A stretch of DNA of 64,000 nucleotides, from NCBI GenBank assembly GCA_963702845.1, contig OY969763.1, positions 768,001 to 832,000 on the forward strand. The letters are read 5' to 3'. The notes beneath the pieces were generated by a model. That model was not told where the DNA came from and did no database searches. It worked only from the letters and a program-made list of their open reading frames with translations. A program made the translations under genes and the position numbers. The first letter of the stretch is position 1; each line of letters begins with the position of its first letter. This document shows positions 40,675 to 51,114 of the stretch, in pieces. This DNA comes from an uncultured Verrucomicrobiae bacterium. GTDB lineage: Bacteria; Verrucomicrobiota; Verrucomicrobiia; Limisphaerales; Palsa-1400.

Positions 40675-41973
40675 ATGAATAGTAAACACACCCTCTTCCC
40701 GCTGGCCATCGGACTGGCGCTGAGTGTCACGATGCCTTCCATATTTGCTCAAGCCACCGCCCCTCCCACATCCACCGGGACGGCTTCCGTGGCGCCAGCG
40801 GAACCACCATCGGCAGGACATAAGCTTAGCACCGCCGAGCTTGATAAATTGGTTGCACCGATCGCGCTTTATCCTGACCCGCTCGTCGCAACGATCCTGC
40901 CGGCGTCCGCATACCCGCTGGAAATTGTCGATGCGGCGCGCTTTGTCAAAGATACGAACAATATCGCCAAGCTGGATGAACAACCTTGGGATAAAAACGT
41001 CAAAGAAGTCGCCCGCATTCCTAAAGTCCTCGACCAGTTGAACGAGAATATCAACTGGACCACCGCCCTGGGCGACGCGTTCGTCAAAGAACCGAAACAG
41101 ATCATGGAGGCGATCCAAACGATGCGCGACAAGGCAAAACAAACGGGCGCTCTCAAATCGACACCGCAGCAAACGGTCAACGTCGTCCAGCAGGCCGGCA
41201 CACAAGTCATCCAGATCGAACCGGCACAGCCGAACGTTGTGTATGTTCCGCAATACAATCCAACCGTAGTCTTCGCGGGCATGCCGGTTGCGTATCCCGG
41301 TTATTATTATCCACCCGCGGCGTATTATCCGGGAGCCGCTGCTGCGCTCTCGTTCGGTGCTGGCGTGGCAGTGGGGGCATGGGCCGGCAACAGCTGCAAC
41401 TGGCACGGCGGCACTGTGAATGTGAACAACTACAATAATTACGCTCACTACAACGGTGCCAATATTAACAATGCAAATATCAACAATGCTCGGATCAACA
41501 ACGCAAACATCAACTCGGCCAAGATCAATTCCGCCAACACTTCAACATGGCATGCGGACCAAAGCCGTCTGAACGCCTCCGGGGCAAGCGTGGCTACTGC
41601 CCAAAGCCGCGCAGACAGTGGTTGGGGCTCGAGCGCAAGCAAGGCTAATTGGTCGCAACAGGTCGACAACGCCAGCAAGCAATTCAGTGCGGAAAATAAA
41701 ACCTTGGAATCGCACCAGGGCGAGGCAGGACAATTTGGCAGTCACGGTTTTTCGGAAGCTTCCGGCGCCGATCGTTTTTCAGGAGCGCAATCCGCTGATC
41801 GATTCAGCGGCGCAGACAGGAGCGCCTTCGACAGTTCGCACGGTTCTTTCGCTGATCGCGACGCAAGCTTTCGAGGCGACATGAGTCGCGGTGGTTTCGG
41901 CGGCGGATTCCACGGAGGCGGCGGCTTTGGCGGGTTCCACGGAGGAGGCGGATTTCATGGAGGCCGCCGTTAA
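40675..41973 (+). CDS. DUF3300 domain protein
   Basis: LDKLVAPIALYPDPLV..ILPASAYPLEIV, LKSTPQQTV, VYVPQYNP; Gly-rich tail. Confidence 0.92.
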   Translation: MNSKHTLFPLAIGLALSVTMPSIFAQATAPPTSTGTASVAPAEPPSAGHKLSTAELDKLVAPIALYPDPLVATILPASAYPLEIVDAARFVKDTNNIAKLDEQPWDKNVKEVARIPKVLDQLNENINWTTALGDAFVKEPKQIMEAIQTMRDKAKQTGALKSTPQQTVNVVQQAGTQVIQIEPAQPNVVYVPQYNPTVVFAGMPVAYPGYYYPPAAYYPGAAAALSFGAGVAVGAWAGNSCNWHGGTVNVNNYNNYAHYNGANINNANINNARINNANINSAKINSANTSTWHADQSRLNASGASVATAQSRADSGWGSSASKANWSQQVDNASKQFSAENKTLESHQGEAGQFGSHGFSEASGADRFSGAQSADRFSGADRSAFDSSHGSFADRDASFRGDMSRGGFGGGFHGGGGFGGFHGGGGFHGGRR

Positions 41974-41988
41974 ACCTAAACCACGGAT

Positions 41989-42933
41989 ATGTCTATGAAC
42001 TCTATTTCTCGCTCTTTGCTTAAACAGGTATTGATCTTAGCCGCCGTGCTGTGCATCACGCCGATGATGTGCCTGAAGGCCGCAACCGCCGGTAAGACAT
42101 TCGCTTCGCCGGAAGATGCAGTGAAGGCATTTTCAAACGCAGTAAACAATAATGACACCAACGCTCTGATAGTCATCTTTGGTTCGGACTTCGACCAAAT
42201 TCAGTCTCCAAACCCGGCCAGGAGACAGGAAGATATGGCAACCATCGCCAAACGCCTGAAGGAAGGCACGCAACTCGAACCTTACGCCAGCAACCGGGTT
42301 GTGGTCGACATCGGCAAAGACCGTTGGCCGTTTGCCGTCCCCATCGTTCAGACAAACGGTTCGTGGCAATTCGACACCGACGCCGGCAAGGACGAACTCC
42401 AAAGCCGCCGCGTTGGCGGCAATGAACGGGACGCGCTTAGAAGTGTCCGGGCTTACGCAGTGGCCCAGCGCGTATACGCGAGCAAAGATCGAAACGGCGA
42501 TCAGGTGCCGGAATACGCCCAGAAATTCATCAGTTCGCCCGGCCAACAAGACGGACTCTATTGGTCAGCGGACGCCGGCGGTGAAACCAGTCCACTCGGT
42601 CCACTTTACGCCCAGGCCCAAAGCGCAGCGCAGGCGACCGCAAATGGAAACGGCTCGACCGGGGCACAACCGTTCTACGGTTACTATTTCAAGATTCTCG
42701 ATCGCCAGGGCAAGAACGCTCAAGGAGGCGCTAAAGATTACGTGAACAATGGCCACATGACCGATGGTTTCGCCCTCGTTGCCTGGCCTGCGGATTACGG
42801 CAAATCAGGCGTCATGACCTTCATCATCAATCAACAGGGCAAGGTTTATCAAAAGGACCTTGGGAAAAACACGGCGGACATCGCCCAAAAGATGCAGGCC
42901 TACGATCCGGATCGAAGTTGGAACGCGGACTGA
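41989..42933 (+). CDS. DUF2950 domain protein
   Basis: WPFAVPIV, FDTDAG, RRVGGNE, YAQKFISSPG..DGLYW, PFYGYYFKIL, FALVAWPADYG.SGVMTF; usual partner of DUF3300. Confidence 0.92.
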   Translation: MSMNSISRSLLKQVLILAAVLCITPMMCLKAATAGKTFASPEDAVKAFSNAVNNNDTNALIVIFGSDFDQIQSPNPARRQEDMATIAKRLKEGTQLEPYASNRVVVDIGKDRWPFAVPIVQTNGSWQFDTDAGKDELQSRRVGGNERDALRSVRAYAVAQRVYASKDRNGDQVPEYAQKFISSPGQQDGLYWSADAGGETSPLGPLYAQAQSAAQATANGNGSTGAQPFYGYYFKILDRQGKNAQGGAKDYVNNGHMTDGFALVAWPADYGKSGVMTFIINQQGKVYQKDLGKNTADIAQKMQAYDPDRSWNAD

Positions 42934-42959
42934 TACTGATAACTGATAGGAAATCGCTT

Positions 42960-42997
42960 ACTGATAGGAAATTGCTTTTTGACGCTGGCGCGGTTAA
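42960..42997 (+). repeat. 38-bp junction repeat, copy 4
   Basis: Exact copy preceded by ACTGAT, ACTGATA and ACTGATAGGAAATCGCTT. Confidence 0.95.
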
Positions 42998-43268
42998 GGG
43001 AGAATTGCTTTTCACAATGTCTCATTTTTTGAGGATGCTGCGCCCGTAGAAGCGTTCAGTCAAGTGACCTTGCGCATTCCGGTGCATCGTCTTCAGTCCT
43101 GGCAGTCCCGGCGGATGCCTTAGAATGCGCTAAATCCAAGGCCCGATGGCGCTCTCAACACTTGGCATTTACGACCGGCGCGCTATTATATTGTCACAAG
43201 CGCCGGCGACATTCTCTACCTTTAAGTCGGCGCGATGGTTGAGGCGAAACGAAAGGAAACCAATTGCG

Positions 43269-44039
43269 ATGAAAAAATTGCTGGTTCTGTTTGTGTTGTG
43301 GGCGGGACTTCCGGCCCATGTTGTAGCGGATCTCGTAACATACCGTTTTGCCGGCGTTGTGATTGGGCAAAACAATACTGGCGTCTTCACCGGCGGTCAC
43401 CCTTACACGCTCACGATTGTAATTAACACTGCCGCCCACGGCAATTCTACCGTGCCGGAAAGAACTGATTACACCAACGCGATCACATCCTCGTATTTCA
43501 ATTACGATTCAGGCAACTACGTCGCACAAGGAACGAATGGAGGCACAGTGAGTGTGGAAAACGATGATCGTGGTCTTTACGATCACTTTCTAATACTCGG
43601 ACTTCCTGGGTTTTCTTCACTCGCGGGGCAGCCACTTACTTCTTGCGAAATTCACCTCATCGACACCAATCACATTGTATTTTCGAACAATGACCTGCCG
43701 CAGATTCTGCCAGTTGACGCGTTTCAGCAGCGCTATTTTAACATTGGCTGGGGAATTGATTGGGACACCCGTGGACTGGACCTAAGCATTGACTCAATTA
43801 CAGTTATTCAGCGTCGACCAGCCATCACAAGTTGGACTCGGACGATCGATTCACTTGCGTTCAATATAGAGTTCGCCGGCCAATCCTGCACAAACTTGTT
43901 GGAACGATCGTTTGCAATCGGTAGTTCTGCACAATGGGAGGTTGTCAGTTCCTGTGTTGCATCTGGCGGAAACACGAATTGGACCGTGCCACTGCAGATG
44001 GACCAACCCTCAGTGTTTTATCGTGTGAAAGGCCAATGA
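43269..44039 (+). CDS. Secreted hypothetical protein with C-terminal FYRV-type domain
   Basis: Signal peptide MKKLLVLF...; ends LERS...W...VFYRVKGQ. Confidence 0.75.
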   Translation: MKKLLVLFVLWAGLPAHVVADLVTYRFAGVVIGQNNTGVFTGGHPYTLTIVINTAAHGNSTVPERTDYTNAITSSYFNYDSGNYVAQGTNGGTVSVENDDRGLYDHFLILGLPGFSSLAGQPLTSCEIHLIDTNHIVFSNNDLPQILPVDAFQQRYFNIGWGIDWDTRGLDLSIDSITVIQRRPAITSWTRTIDSLAFNIEFAGQSCTNLLERSFAIGSSAQWEVVSSCVASGGNTNWTVPLQMDQPSVFYRVKGQ

Positions 44040-44063
44040 ACTGTTCCCGCTGATAAGTCATGC

Positions 44064-44101
44064 TTAACCGCGCCAGCGTTAAAAAGCAATTTCCTATCAG
44101 T
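44064..44101 (-). repeat. 38-bp junction repeat, copy 5 (inverted, one mismatch, no stutter)
   Basis: TTAACCGCGCCAGCGTTAAAAAGCAATTTCCTATCAGT. Confidence 0.93.
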
Positions 44102-44790
44102 TGGTTTTGTGAACAAGTTTGCCTGCCAATGCCGACAAGCTACTCGTCGAAATATGTGTCAACGCTTTCTTGCTGTCGAAATTTGCAGCGGGATGCAGCG
44201 GCACGTATACCAGACGCAACTCCCCGCAACTGTTTGACCGACCGTCAGAAATTTTTTCAAAACCCTGTGATACGTTCGCCACATGAAAACACGAATTGCA
44301 CAGTTTGAACCGACACTGGTTTGCGACCACCCACAGCGCAACCGAAATCGTGTCAAAACTTTTTTGCATAGAAAAATGGCGCGTTGCGGCGTGGTAAGGC
44401 GTGTCAGTGCATGCAGGTGCATGATGGGAAACGGGCTTCGGAAAAATTCAGAAAAACATGTGATAGAAATGTGCGCATGAGCGAGAGCCATCAGTTTATC
44501 AATGAGCCGGCGAAGCCGGTGCCGCATCCGTTGTCGAATAAGCAGGCTGCCGATGTTCAACGCAAACGTGCCGCGCAGAAGAGAGTGCCAGTCGGCCAGT
44601 GTGAGCCATCTTCAGAAATCTGCCCAAATGTCGCTTTGTTTCGCTTTGTGTCGCGTTGCTTCGCTAGACGCCTGGCGACGAAACTCTCACCATATATGCA
44701 AATGACAGAGACATCGCGTTCGCCCAACTACCTGTCGCGCCGAAGTCAGACGCAGGCGGATCAACCCTCAACCCTCAACATGTTTTAACC

Positions 44791-45162
44791 ATGCATTCTA
44801 CAGACACAAAATCAAAGTTCCTCGAGTTCCGCGGCAAAGGCTGGAGCCTTGCCCGCATCGCAAAACAAATCGATGTCAGCGTCCGCACCTTGGCCGACTG
44901 GAACCAGCAACACCGCCAGGAAATACGCACGCTCCGCGCCATCGATATCGAAGCTCTTCAGGAAAAGTTTCTCGCCACCCACGAGCAGGAGCTCAGTTCT
45001 CTCACCGCCCAACTCCAGCGCATCGAGCAAGCGATCGGCGACAGCAAACTCCAATTCGTCGAAACTAAAGACTTATTCCGACTGGCTGCCGTGACCCGCG
45101 CCGAAATCCGCAAAGTCATCATACCCACGGAGCCGGATGATAAATCGCATGCACAAAACTAA
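44791..45162 (+). CDS. Helix-turn-helix plus coiled-coil protein
   Basis: FRGKGWSLARIAKQIDVSVRTLADW (HTH) followed by heptad-rich helix. Confidence 0.8.
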   Translation: MHSTDTKSKFLEFRGKGWSLARIAKQIDVSVRTLADWNQQHRQEIRTLRAIDIEALQEKFLATHEQELSSLTAQLQRIEQAIGDSKLQFVETKDLFRLAAVTRAEIRKVIIPTEPDDKSHAQN

Positions 45163-45164
45163 AA

Positions 45165-45830
45165 TTGCATCGTTTCTGCATCATTTTTGCATCATTTCCC
45201 AAATGGAGGCCGTTACAAAATCCAGCGGCGGTCACGTTTGGTCACGTTCGGTCATGTTCAGTCATCTTTGGTCACGTCTACCATCGGCTCGCCTCCTTCC
45301 TGTCGGGCCAAAGCGCCCCGCGAAGGCAGACGCGCCCTTCGAGCGAAATGCTTTACCGGTCAAAATTCGGTAAAGAAACGGTAAAGAAACGGTAAAGTTT
45401 TACCCCTTGTAAAATGAACACGGTTCAAACGAAAAAACGTACAGAAAATGTACAGAAAGGTTCAGTTTTCGGTCCACGCCTGAAAAACCGGGAAAAAGGT
45501 AACGGGAGGTAATCAGAAGTAATCGGAGGTAATCTCATTATGCAATCTCTGTCACGTTTGGTCATCTTTGGTCACGTCTGGTCATCGGAGGTAATCCCAA
45601 TGCACCACCCGTCGTCGCCATTCATGCAAAACTGCACCATTTCTGCCTCGTTTCTGCCTCATCTTTTTTGCGCACCGGATGTTCCGGTCGGTCAAATTCG
45701 GTAAAGAAACGGTAAAGAAACGTAAAGTTTTTTAAATGTGCCGCCGTGCCGTCGGACGTTCCGGTCCTGAATTGATCAGATCTCGGCAAAAAACAAAATC
45801 GACTGACTTTCAGTGACCTTTACGGAAATT
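45165..45830. repeat. Mosaic of 10-11-bp tandem repeat blocks
   Basis: TGCATCATTT x3, GGTCACGTTT x5, CGGTAAAGAAA x4, GTACAGAAA x2, AGGTAATCGG x4, then second copies of three of these blocks. Confidence 0.85.
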
Positions 45831-45980
45831 GTTTGCTGCCTGTCACCAAATGTAGCCTGTTCGGCGTTCCGGAGAATTCAATAAAATTGTAGCTTCCCTT
45901 TTGGCGAATCGATACAATAAGCTACTTTTCACAACGAAAAATAAAAACTCCCGGCATGCGGTCGGGAATGCAATATTAAT

Positions 45981-47444
45981 ATGGCACTGAGTCCAAAACT
46001 GGGGCCCGAACAAGCGGCAGCCAACATGGCTGACATTGCCCCCCGCTTTACACCACAAGAAGCTGTTATCGAAGCGAATCGTTGTCTGTTTTGTTTTGAT
46101 GCGCCCTGCATCCAGGCATGCCCGACCGGCATCGATATCCCGAGCTTCATTCAAAAAATTGCCAACGGTAACCTGACGGGTTCCGCGCGAACAATTTTAA
46201 GCGCCAACATTCTCGGCGCCAGTTGCGCGCGGGTTTGCCCCACGTCCGTCCTTTGCGAAGGCGCGTGCGTCGTGCTCGATCGCGAAGGCAAAGCTGTCCA
46301 GATCGGACGATTGCAGCGTTACTCGACGGATCACGTTTACGACAACAAAATCCAGGTCCTCAAGCCTGCCGCGAAAAAGTCTGGCAAAAAAGTTGCCGTG
46401 CTCGGCGGTGGTCCTGCCGGCCTTGGTTGCGCGGCGGAGTTGGCTCAACTCGGCCACGACGTCACTGTTTTCGAAAAGAAACCGCAAGCCGGGGGTCTCA
46501 ACACCTACGGCATCGCTTATTACAAGATGCCGCCGCAGGTGAGCCTTGAAGAAGTCGAGCTGGTCAAGAGCCTCGGAGTTCAATTCAAATTCGGCGTCGA
46601 AATCGGCAAAGACATTCAGGTCGCCGACCTCGAAAAGCAATTCGACGCGATTTTCGTAGGCCTCGGCCTTGGCCGCGGTCATCAGATGAATATTCCCGGC
46701 GAGAATTTGCCGGAAGTTATTCAGGCCCTCGATTTCATCGAAAAACTTCACACCACGCCGTTGCACAAAGTGCCGGTCGGCGCGCGTGTCGCTGTTATCG
46801 GCGGCGGCAACACCGCCATCGACGCGGTGACCCAGGCCAAGCGCCTCGGTGCCGAAAAAGCGATGCTCATTTATCGCCGCACTCAGGCTGAAATGTCGGC
46901 TTATGATTTCGAGCAGGACCTCGCCAAAACTGATGGCGCTGAATTCGTTTTCAATGCTGCACCCATCGAAGTTATCGCCGATTGCAACGGGCACGTGGCC
47001 GGCCTGAAACTCGCCCGCACGCAGTTGGTTAACGGCAAAGCCGAAATTATTCCCGGCCAGGAATGGGTCGAGCCCGTCGACATGGTTATCAAAGCGATTG
47101 GCGAACCTAAACAAGTCGAACTGCTCAAGCGCCTCTTTCCGAAAATCGAACTCGATAAGCGCGGCGCGATTGTTTACGACCGCGCAACCGGCGCAACGAA
47201 TCTCCCGAAAGTTTTTGCTGGTGGCGATTGCGCCAACGGTGGACGCGAAGTTGTTAATGCTGTCGGCGAAGGCAAGAAAGCCGCGCGCGGCATGCACGCG
47301 ATGTTCGTAAACCAGAAGGTTGTCGGCCCGGTTCAGCAATCTCGACTGGGTGTGAAGTCAGCGCCGGTGGGTTCTGGTTTGGAAAATCCGATCCGTGTGC
47401 CCGAACTGGAAAAAGAATACGCGAAGCAAGCGGCCGCACACTAA
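45981..47444 (+). CDS. preT: Dihydropyrimidine dehydrogenase, NAD(P)/FAD subunit (GltD-like)
   Basis: EANRCLFCFDAPCIQACP, CARVCP, GGGPAG, GGGNTAID; adjacent to preA. Confidence 0.85.
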   Translation: MALSPKLGPEQAAANMADIAPRFTPQEAVIEANRCLFCFDAPCIQACPTGIDIPSFIQKIANGNLTGSARTILSANILGASCARVCPTSVLCEGACVVLDREGKAVQIGRLQRYSTDHVYDNKIQVLKPAAKKSGKKVAVLGGGPAGLGCAAELAQLGHDVTVFEKKPQAGGLNTYGIAYYKMPPQVSLEEVELVKSLGVQFKFGVEIGKDIQVADLEKQFDAIFVGLGLGRGHQMNIPGENLPEVIQALDFIEKLHTTPLHKVPVGARVAVIGGGNTAIDAVTQAKRLGAEKAMLIYRRTQAEMSAYDFEQDLAKTDGAEFVFNAAPIEVIADCNGHVAGLKLARTQLVNGKAEIIPGQEWVEPVDMVIKAIGEPKQVELLKRLFPKIELDKRGAIVYDRATGATNLPKVFAGGDCANGGREVVNAVGEGKKAARGMHAMFVNQKVVGPVQQSRLGVKSAPVGSGLENPIRVPELEKEYAKQAAAH

Positions 47445-47469
47445 TTTCTAACCTCAACCGAAAACCGTT

Positions 47470-48780
47470 ATGGCAGATCTCTCCATTAACATCGCCGGAA
47501 TCAAATCCCCTAATCCGTTCTGGGTCGCAAGCGGCCCACCGGCCAACACCGCTTACCAGGCAAACCGCGCATTCGAAATGGGCTGGGGCGGCGTCGTGTG
47601 GAAAACAATTGGTGACCCGGTCGTCAACGTTTCTTCGCGTTACTCTGCCCTGAATTCGGGCACGACGCGGATGATCGGCTTGAACAACATCGAGTTGATC
47701 AGCGATCGCTCGCCCGAGACGAATTTTCGCGAAATCGCCGAAGTCAAAAAGAACTGGCCCAATCACGCCGTCATCGCCTCGTTGATGGTCGATACGCGTG
47801 AACGCTGGCATGAATTCGTGAAGCGCTCCGCCGACGCTGGCGCGGACGGCATCGAACTGAATTTCGGTTGCCCGCACGGTATGTGCGAACGCGGTATGGG
47901 TTCGGCCGTCGGTCAGCAACCTGCGGTTGCTGAGAAGATTGTGAGTTGGGTAATGGAAGCCGCAACGATTCCTGTGATCGTCAAGCTGACGCCGAACATC
48001 ACGGACGTGACCTTCGCCGGTCGCGCAGCCAAAAAGAGCGGTGCAAACGCAATTTCGTTGATCAACACGATCAACAGCATCACGCAAGTCAACCTGGACA
48101 ATCTTTGCCCCGAACCATACGTCGACGGATTGAGCAGCCACGGCGGTTACTGCGGACCTGCAGTGAAGCCGATCGCTTTGAACATGGTTCAAAGCTGCGC
48201 GGCTGATCCAGAAATCGGCCTTCCGATTTCAGGAATCGGCGGCGTGCAAAGCTGGCGCGACGCCGCAGAATTCATCGCGCTTGGTTCGACTAGCGTTCAA
48301 GTCTGCACCGCTATCATGCATTACGGCTTCCGAATCGTCGCCGACATGAAAGAGGGCCTGAGCGATTACCTCGATTCCAAAGGCATGAAGAGCGTGATGG
48401 AGTTGGTCGGCAAAGCCGTTCCTACATTGCAAAAGTGGGAAAAGCTCGACCTGCATTACAAACGCATCGCGAAGATCGATTACAACAAATGCATTGGCTG
48501 CAACCTGTGCTACATCGCCTGCGAAGACGGCGCCCATCAAGCGATCGCATTGATTCCGCCGAACGGCCATGGGCTCGGCCCCGGTCGCGTTCCCGGCAAA
48601 CCCATTCCGGAAATCAAAGAAGAGGAATGCGTCGGCTGTAATCTTTGCTCACTGGTCTGCCCGGTGGACAATTGCATTAACATGGCGTCGATTCCGACCG
48701 GCCGCGAGCGCATGAGTTGGAGTGATTACCAGACCAAGCTTAGCCGTGGCGAAATGCAGCCGATACCGCCGCATCCATGA
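47470..48780 (+). CDS. preA: Dihydropyrimidine dehydrogenase subunit PreA
   Basis: NPFWVASGPP, GLNNIELIS, ELNFGCPHGM.ERGMG, VKLTPN, two C-terminal 4Fe-4S motifs. Confidence 0.93.
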   Translation: MADLSINIAGIKSPNPFWVASGPPANTAYQANRAFEMGWGGVVWKTIGDPVVNVSSRYSALNSGTTRMIGLNNIELISDRSPETNFREIAEVKKNWPNHAVIASLMVDTRERWHEFVKRSADAGADGIELNFGCPHGMCERGMGSAVGQQPAVAEKIVSWVMEAATIPVIVKLTPNITDVTFAGRAAKKSGANAISLINTINSITQVNLDNLCPEPYVDGLSSHGGYCGPAVKPIALNMVQSCAADPEIGLPISGIGGVQSWRDAAEFIALGSTSVQVCTAIMHYGFRIVADMKEGLSDYLDSKGMKSVMELVGKAVPTLQKWEKLDLHYKRIAKIDYNKCIGCNLCYIACEDGAHQAIALIPPNGHGLGPGRVPGKPIPEIKEEECVGCNLCSLVCPVDNCINMASIPTGRERMSWSDYQTKLSRGEMQPIPPHP

Positions 48781-48865
48781 TCAAATCCCAAGCACTAAAC
48801 ACCAGAGCTTCTCTGGAAGATTGGTGTTTGGAGTTTGAAGCTTTTATAATTTCCACATTGTATTT

Positions 48866-50365
48866 ATGACGAAGACCCTGACCCCTTGCCCCGTTTTCAT
48901 CGGCGGGGAATGGCGCAACCTTAAGACGAGCGCCTACAATCCCGTTTACAACCCGTCGACTGGCGATGTCATTGCGGAAACGCCCATGGGCAGTGCCAAA
49001 GATGTCGATGAAGCTGTGCAAGCTGCGGCAGACGCATTTCCCGGTTGGTGGGAAACGCCCGCTATCGACCGTGCGCGCATTTTATTCCGCTTCCGCGGAT
49101 TGGTAGAAGACAACTTCGAAGAGCTCGTGCGTTGCAACACTCGCGAACACGGCAAGACTTTGGCCGAGTCGCGCGGTGACGTTAAGCGCGGCATGGAAAT
49201 GATCGAGTTCGCTTGCGGCGCTCCTTCCCTGTTGATGGGCGAAAGTCTGGAGAACGTCGCCAAAGGCATCGATTGCGACACCATTCGCCAACCGCTCGGT
49301 GTTTGCGCTGGTATCACGCCGTTCAATTTTCCGGCGATGGTTCCACTCTGGATGTATCCAGTCGCCCTTGCTTGCGGAAATACGTTCGTTCTCAAGCCAA
49401 GCGAAAAAGTTCCGCTCACGGCGATCAAGGTCATTCAACTGCTTGAGAAAGCCGGTTTGCCCAAAGGTGTTTTGAACATCGTCCACGGCGGACGTGATGT
49501 CGTTGATGCGTTGCTGACGCATCCGAAAGTGAGAGCGGTTTCGTTCGTCGGCTCGACGCCGATTGCACGCCACGTTTTCGAACTCGGGACCAAACATGGC
49601 AAGCGCGTGCAATCGAATGGTGGCGCGAAGAATTATGTTTTCCTCATGCCCGATGCCGATGTGGACAATTCGTCACGCGGTTTGATCGAGGCGGCATTCG
49701 GTTGCGCGGGCGAACGTTGCATGGCCGGTTCAACCGCTGTTGTGATCGGCGGCGCGAGCAAGACAGTTTTGCCTGCGTTGGTTGAAGCCACGCGCGCCAT
49801 CAAAGTCGGTCCGACCGATCGCGAAAAACAACCGAACATGGGCCCTGTGATTTCGCGCCAGCACAAAGAGCGCGTGGAACAGCTTCTCGAAGCTGGTGTT
49901 AAAGAAGGCGCAAACGTCTCCGTCGACGGCCGTGGCGTGAAAAATTCGGATGAGCCCAACGGATTTTTCGTTGGTGCCAGTATTCTCGACAACGTCCAGA
50001 ACGGAATGACCGTCGCGAAAGAAGAAATCTTCGGCCCGGTCCTGAACGTGATGCGCTTCGACGACCTCGATGCCGCCATCGAAATGGCCAACAAATCGCC
50101 ATACGGAAACGGCGCATCGATTTTCACCAACAACGGCAAAGCCGCCCGGGAATTCAAGCATCGCATCAAAGCCGGCATGGTCGGAATCAACATCGGTGTT
50201 CCTGCATCCGTGCCGTGGTTCCCATTTAACGGTTGGGACGAATCGTTCTTTGGCGACCTACATATGCAGGGCAAAGAAGGTATCCAATTTTTCACGCAGC
50301 AAAAAGTGACGACGTCGCGCTGGTTCAATTACGGGGAAGGCGATATCTGGCATCGGGAAAAATAA
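48866..50365 (+). CDS. mmsA: CoA-acylating (methyl)malonate-semialdehyde dehydrogenase
   Basis: ITPFNFPAMVPLWM, LKPSEKVP, SFVGST, GGAKN, AAFGCAGERCMA, EEIFGP. Confidence 0.92.
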   Translation: MTKTLTPCPVFIGGEWRNLKTSAYNPVYNPSTGDVIAETPMGSAKDVDEAVQAAADAFPGWWETPAIDRARILFRFRGLVEDNFEELVRCNTREHGKTLAESRGDVKRGMEMIEFACGAPSLLMGESLENVAKGIDCDTIRQPLGVCAGITPFNFPAMVPLWMYPVALACGNTFVLKPSEKVPLTAIKVIQLLEKAGLPKGVLNIVHGGRDVVDALLTHPKVRAVSFVGSTPIARHVFELGTKHGKRVQSNGGAKNYVFLMPDADVDNSSRGLIEAAFGCAGERCMAGSTAVVIGGASKTVLPALVEATRAIKVGPTDREKQPNMGPVISRQHKERVEQLLEAGVKEGANVSVDGRGVKNSDEPNGFFVGASILDNVQNGMTVAKEEIFGPVLNVMRFDDLDAAIEMANKSPYGNGASIFTNNGKAAREFKHRIKAGMVGINIGVPASVPWFPFNGWDESFFGDLHMQGKEGIQFFTQQKVTTSRWFNYGEGDIWHREK

Positions 50366-50410
50366 TCGGGTTCCTTGACTGTGATGCGGTGGTGTGGTAG
50401 CATCAGATGT

Positions 50411-50650
50411 ATGAGGACGACGTTAGACATCGAGGATGACGTGCTTCAAGCTGCGAAGGAACTGGCGCACAGCGAAGGTACTAGCGCAGGGAAGATGTTA
50501 TCGAAACTCGCACGCCGAGGGTTGTCAGCAGCGCAAGAGCCACAATCATCGAAGTTGACCATTCGTAACGGGGTCCCCATTTTTCCTCCTAGTGGGCAGG
50601 TTGTGACACTCGAAAAGGTCCGCAAGATTATGGACGAGGAAGGCATCTAA
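50411..50650 (+). CDS. VapB-like antitoxin (RHH/CopG)
   Basis: MRTTLDIEDDVLQAAKELA...G..LS.LARRGL...RNGVP.F. Confidence 0.85.
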   Translation: MRTTLDIEDDVLQAAKELAHSEGTSAGKMLSKLARRGLSAAQEPQSSKLTIRNGVPIFPPSGQVVTLEKVRKIMDEEGI

Positions 50651-50652
50651 GA

Positions 50653-51087
50653 GTGCGTTCACTGTTTGACGTAAATGTGCTCATCGCGTTGCTGGACCCG
50701 GATCATGCTTTTCACGAACGTGCTCATTTTTGGTGGGACAAGAATGCTGCAGCGGGATGGGCAAGTTGTCCTATCACGGAAAATGGCGTTGTCCGTATTA
50801 TGTCAAACCCCGCGTTTCGAACAAATCGCCGACTGAGCTCCACAGACGTGATTTGTGGATTGCAGGAATTCGTTTCAAGAACGGATCACCAATTTTGGGC
50901 TGACGACATTTCGTTGCGCGACTCTGCTGTTTTTAGCAGCGAGCACATTCACGGTCCCAAGCAATTAACAGATTTTTATTTACTGGCGTTGGCAAAGACA
51001 CGCCAGGCGCGTTTTGCTACGTTTGACACCAACATTGCATTGTCGGCAATAAAATCAGCCACGGGCAACAATCTGTGCGCAATTTGA
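50653..51087 (+). CDS. VapC family PIN-domain ribonuclease toxin
   Basis: LFDVNVLIALLD..H.FH, CPITENG.VRI, TD.YLLALA, ATFD. Confidence 0.9.
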   Translation: MRSLFDVNVLIALLDPDHAFHERAHFWWDKNAAAGWASCPITENGVVRIMSNPAFRTNRRLSSTDVICGLQEFVSRTDHQFWADDISLRDSAVFSSEHIHGPKQLTDFYLLALAKTRQARFATFDTNIALSAIKSATGNNLCAI

Positions 51088-51114
51088 CCTGAACCAATCA
51101 GAAAGAAATATCCT

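Noticed and set aside
44060..44788. Several overlapping short ORFs
   Set aside because: No recognisable motifs, mutually overlapping, weak starts; treated as non-coding.
45137..45395. Short ORFs over the tandem repeats
   Set aside because: Open in all three frames as a by-product of 10-11-bp repeats; no protein-like signal.
46197..50328. Long minus-strand ORFs opposite preT, preA and mmsA
   Set aside because: Antisense shadows of well-supported genes.
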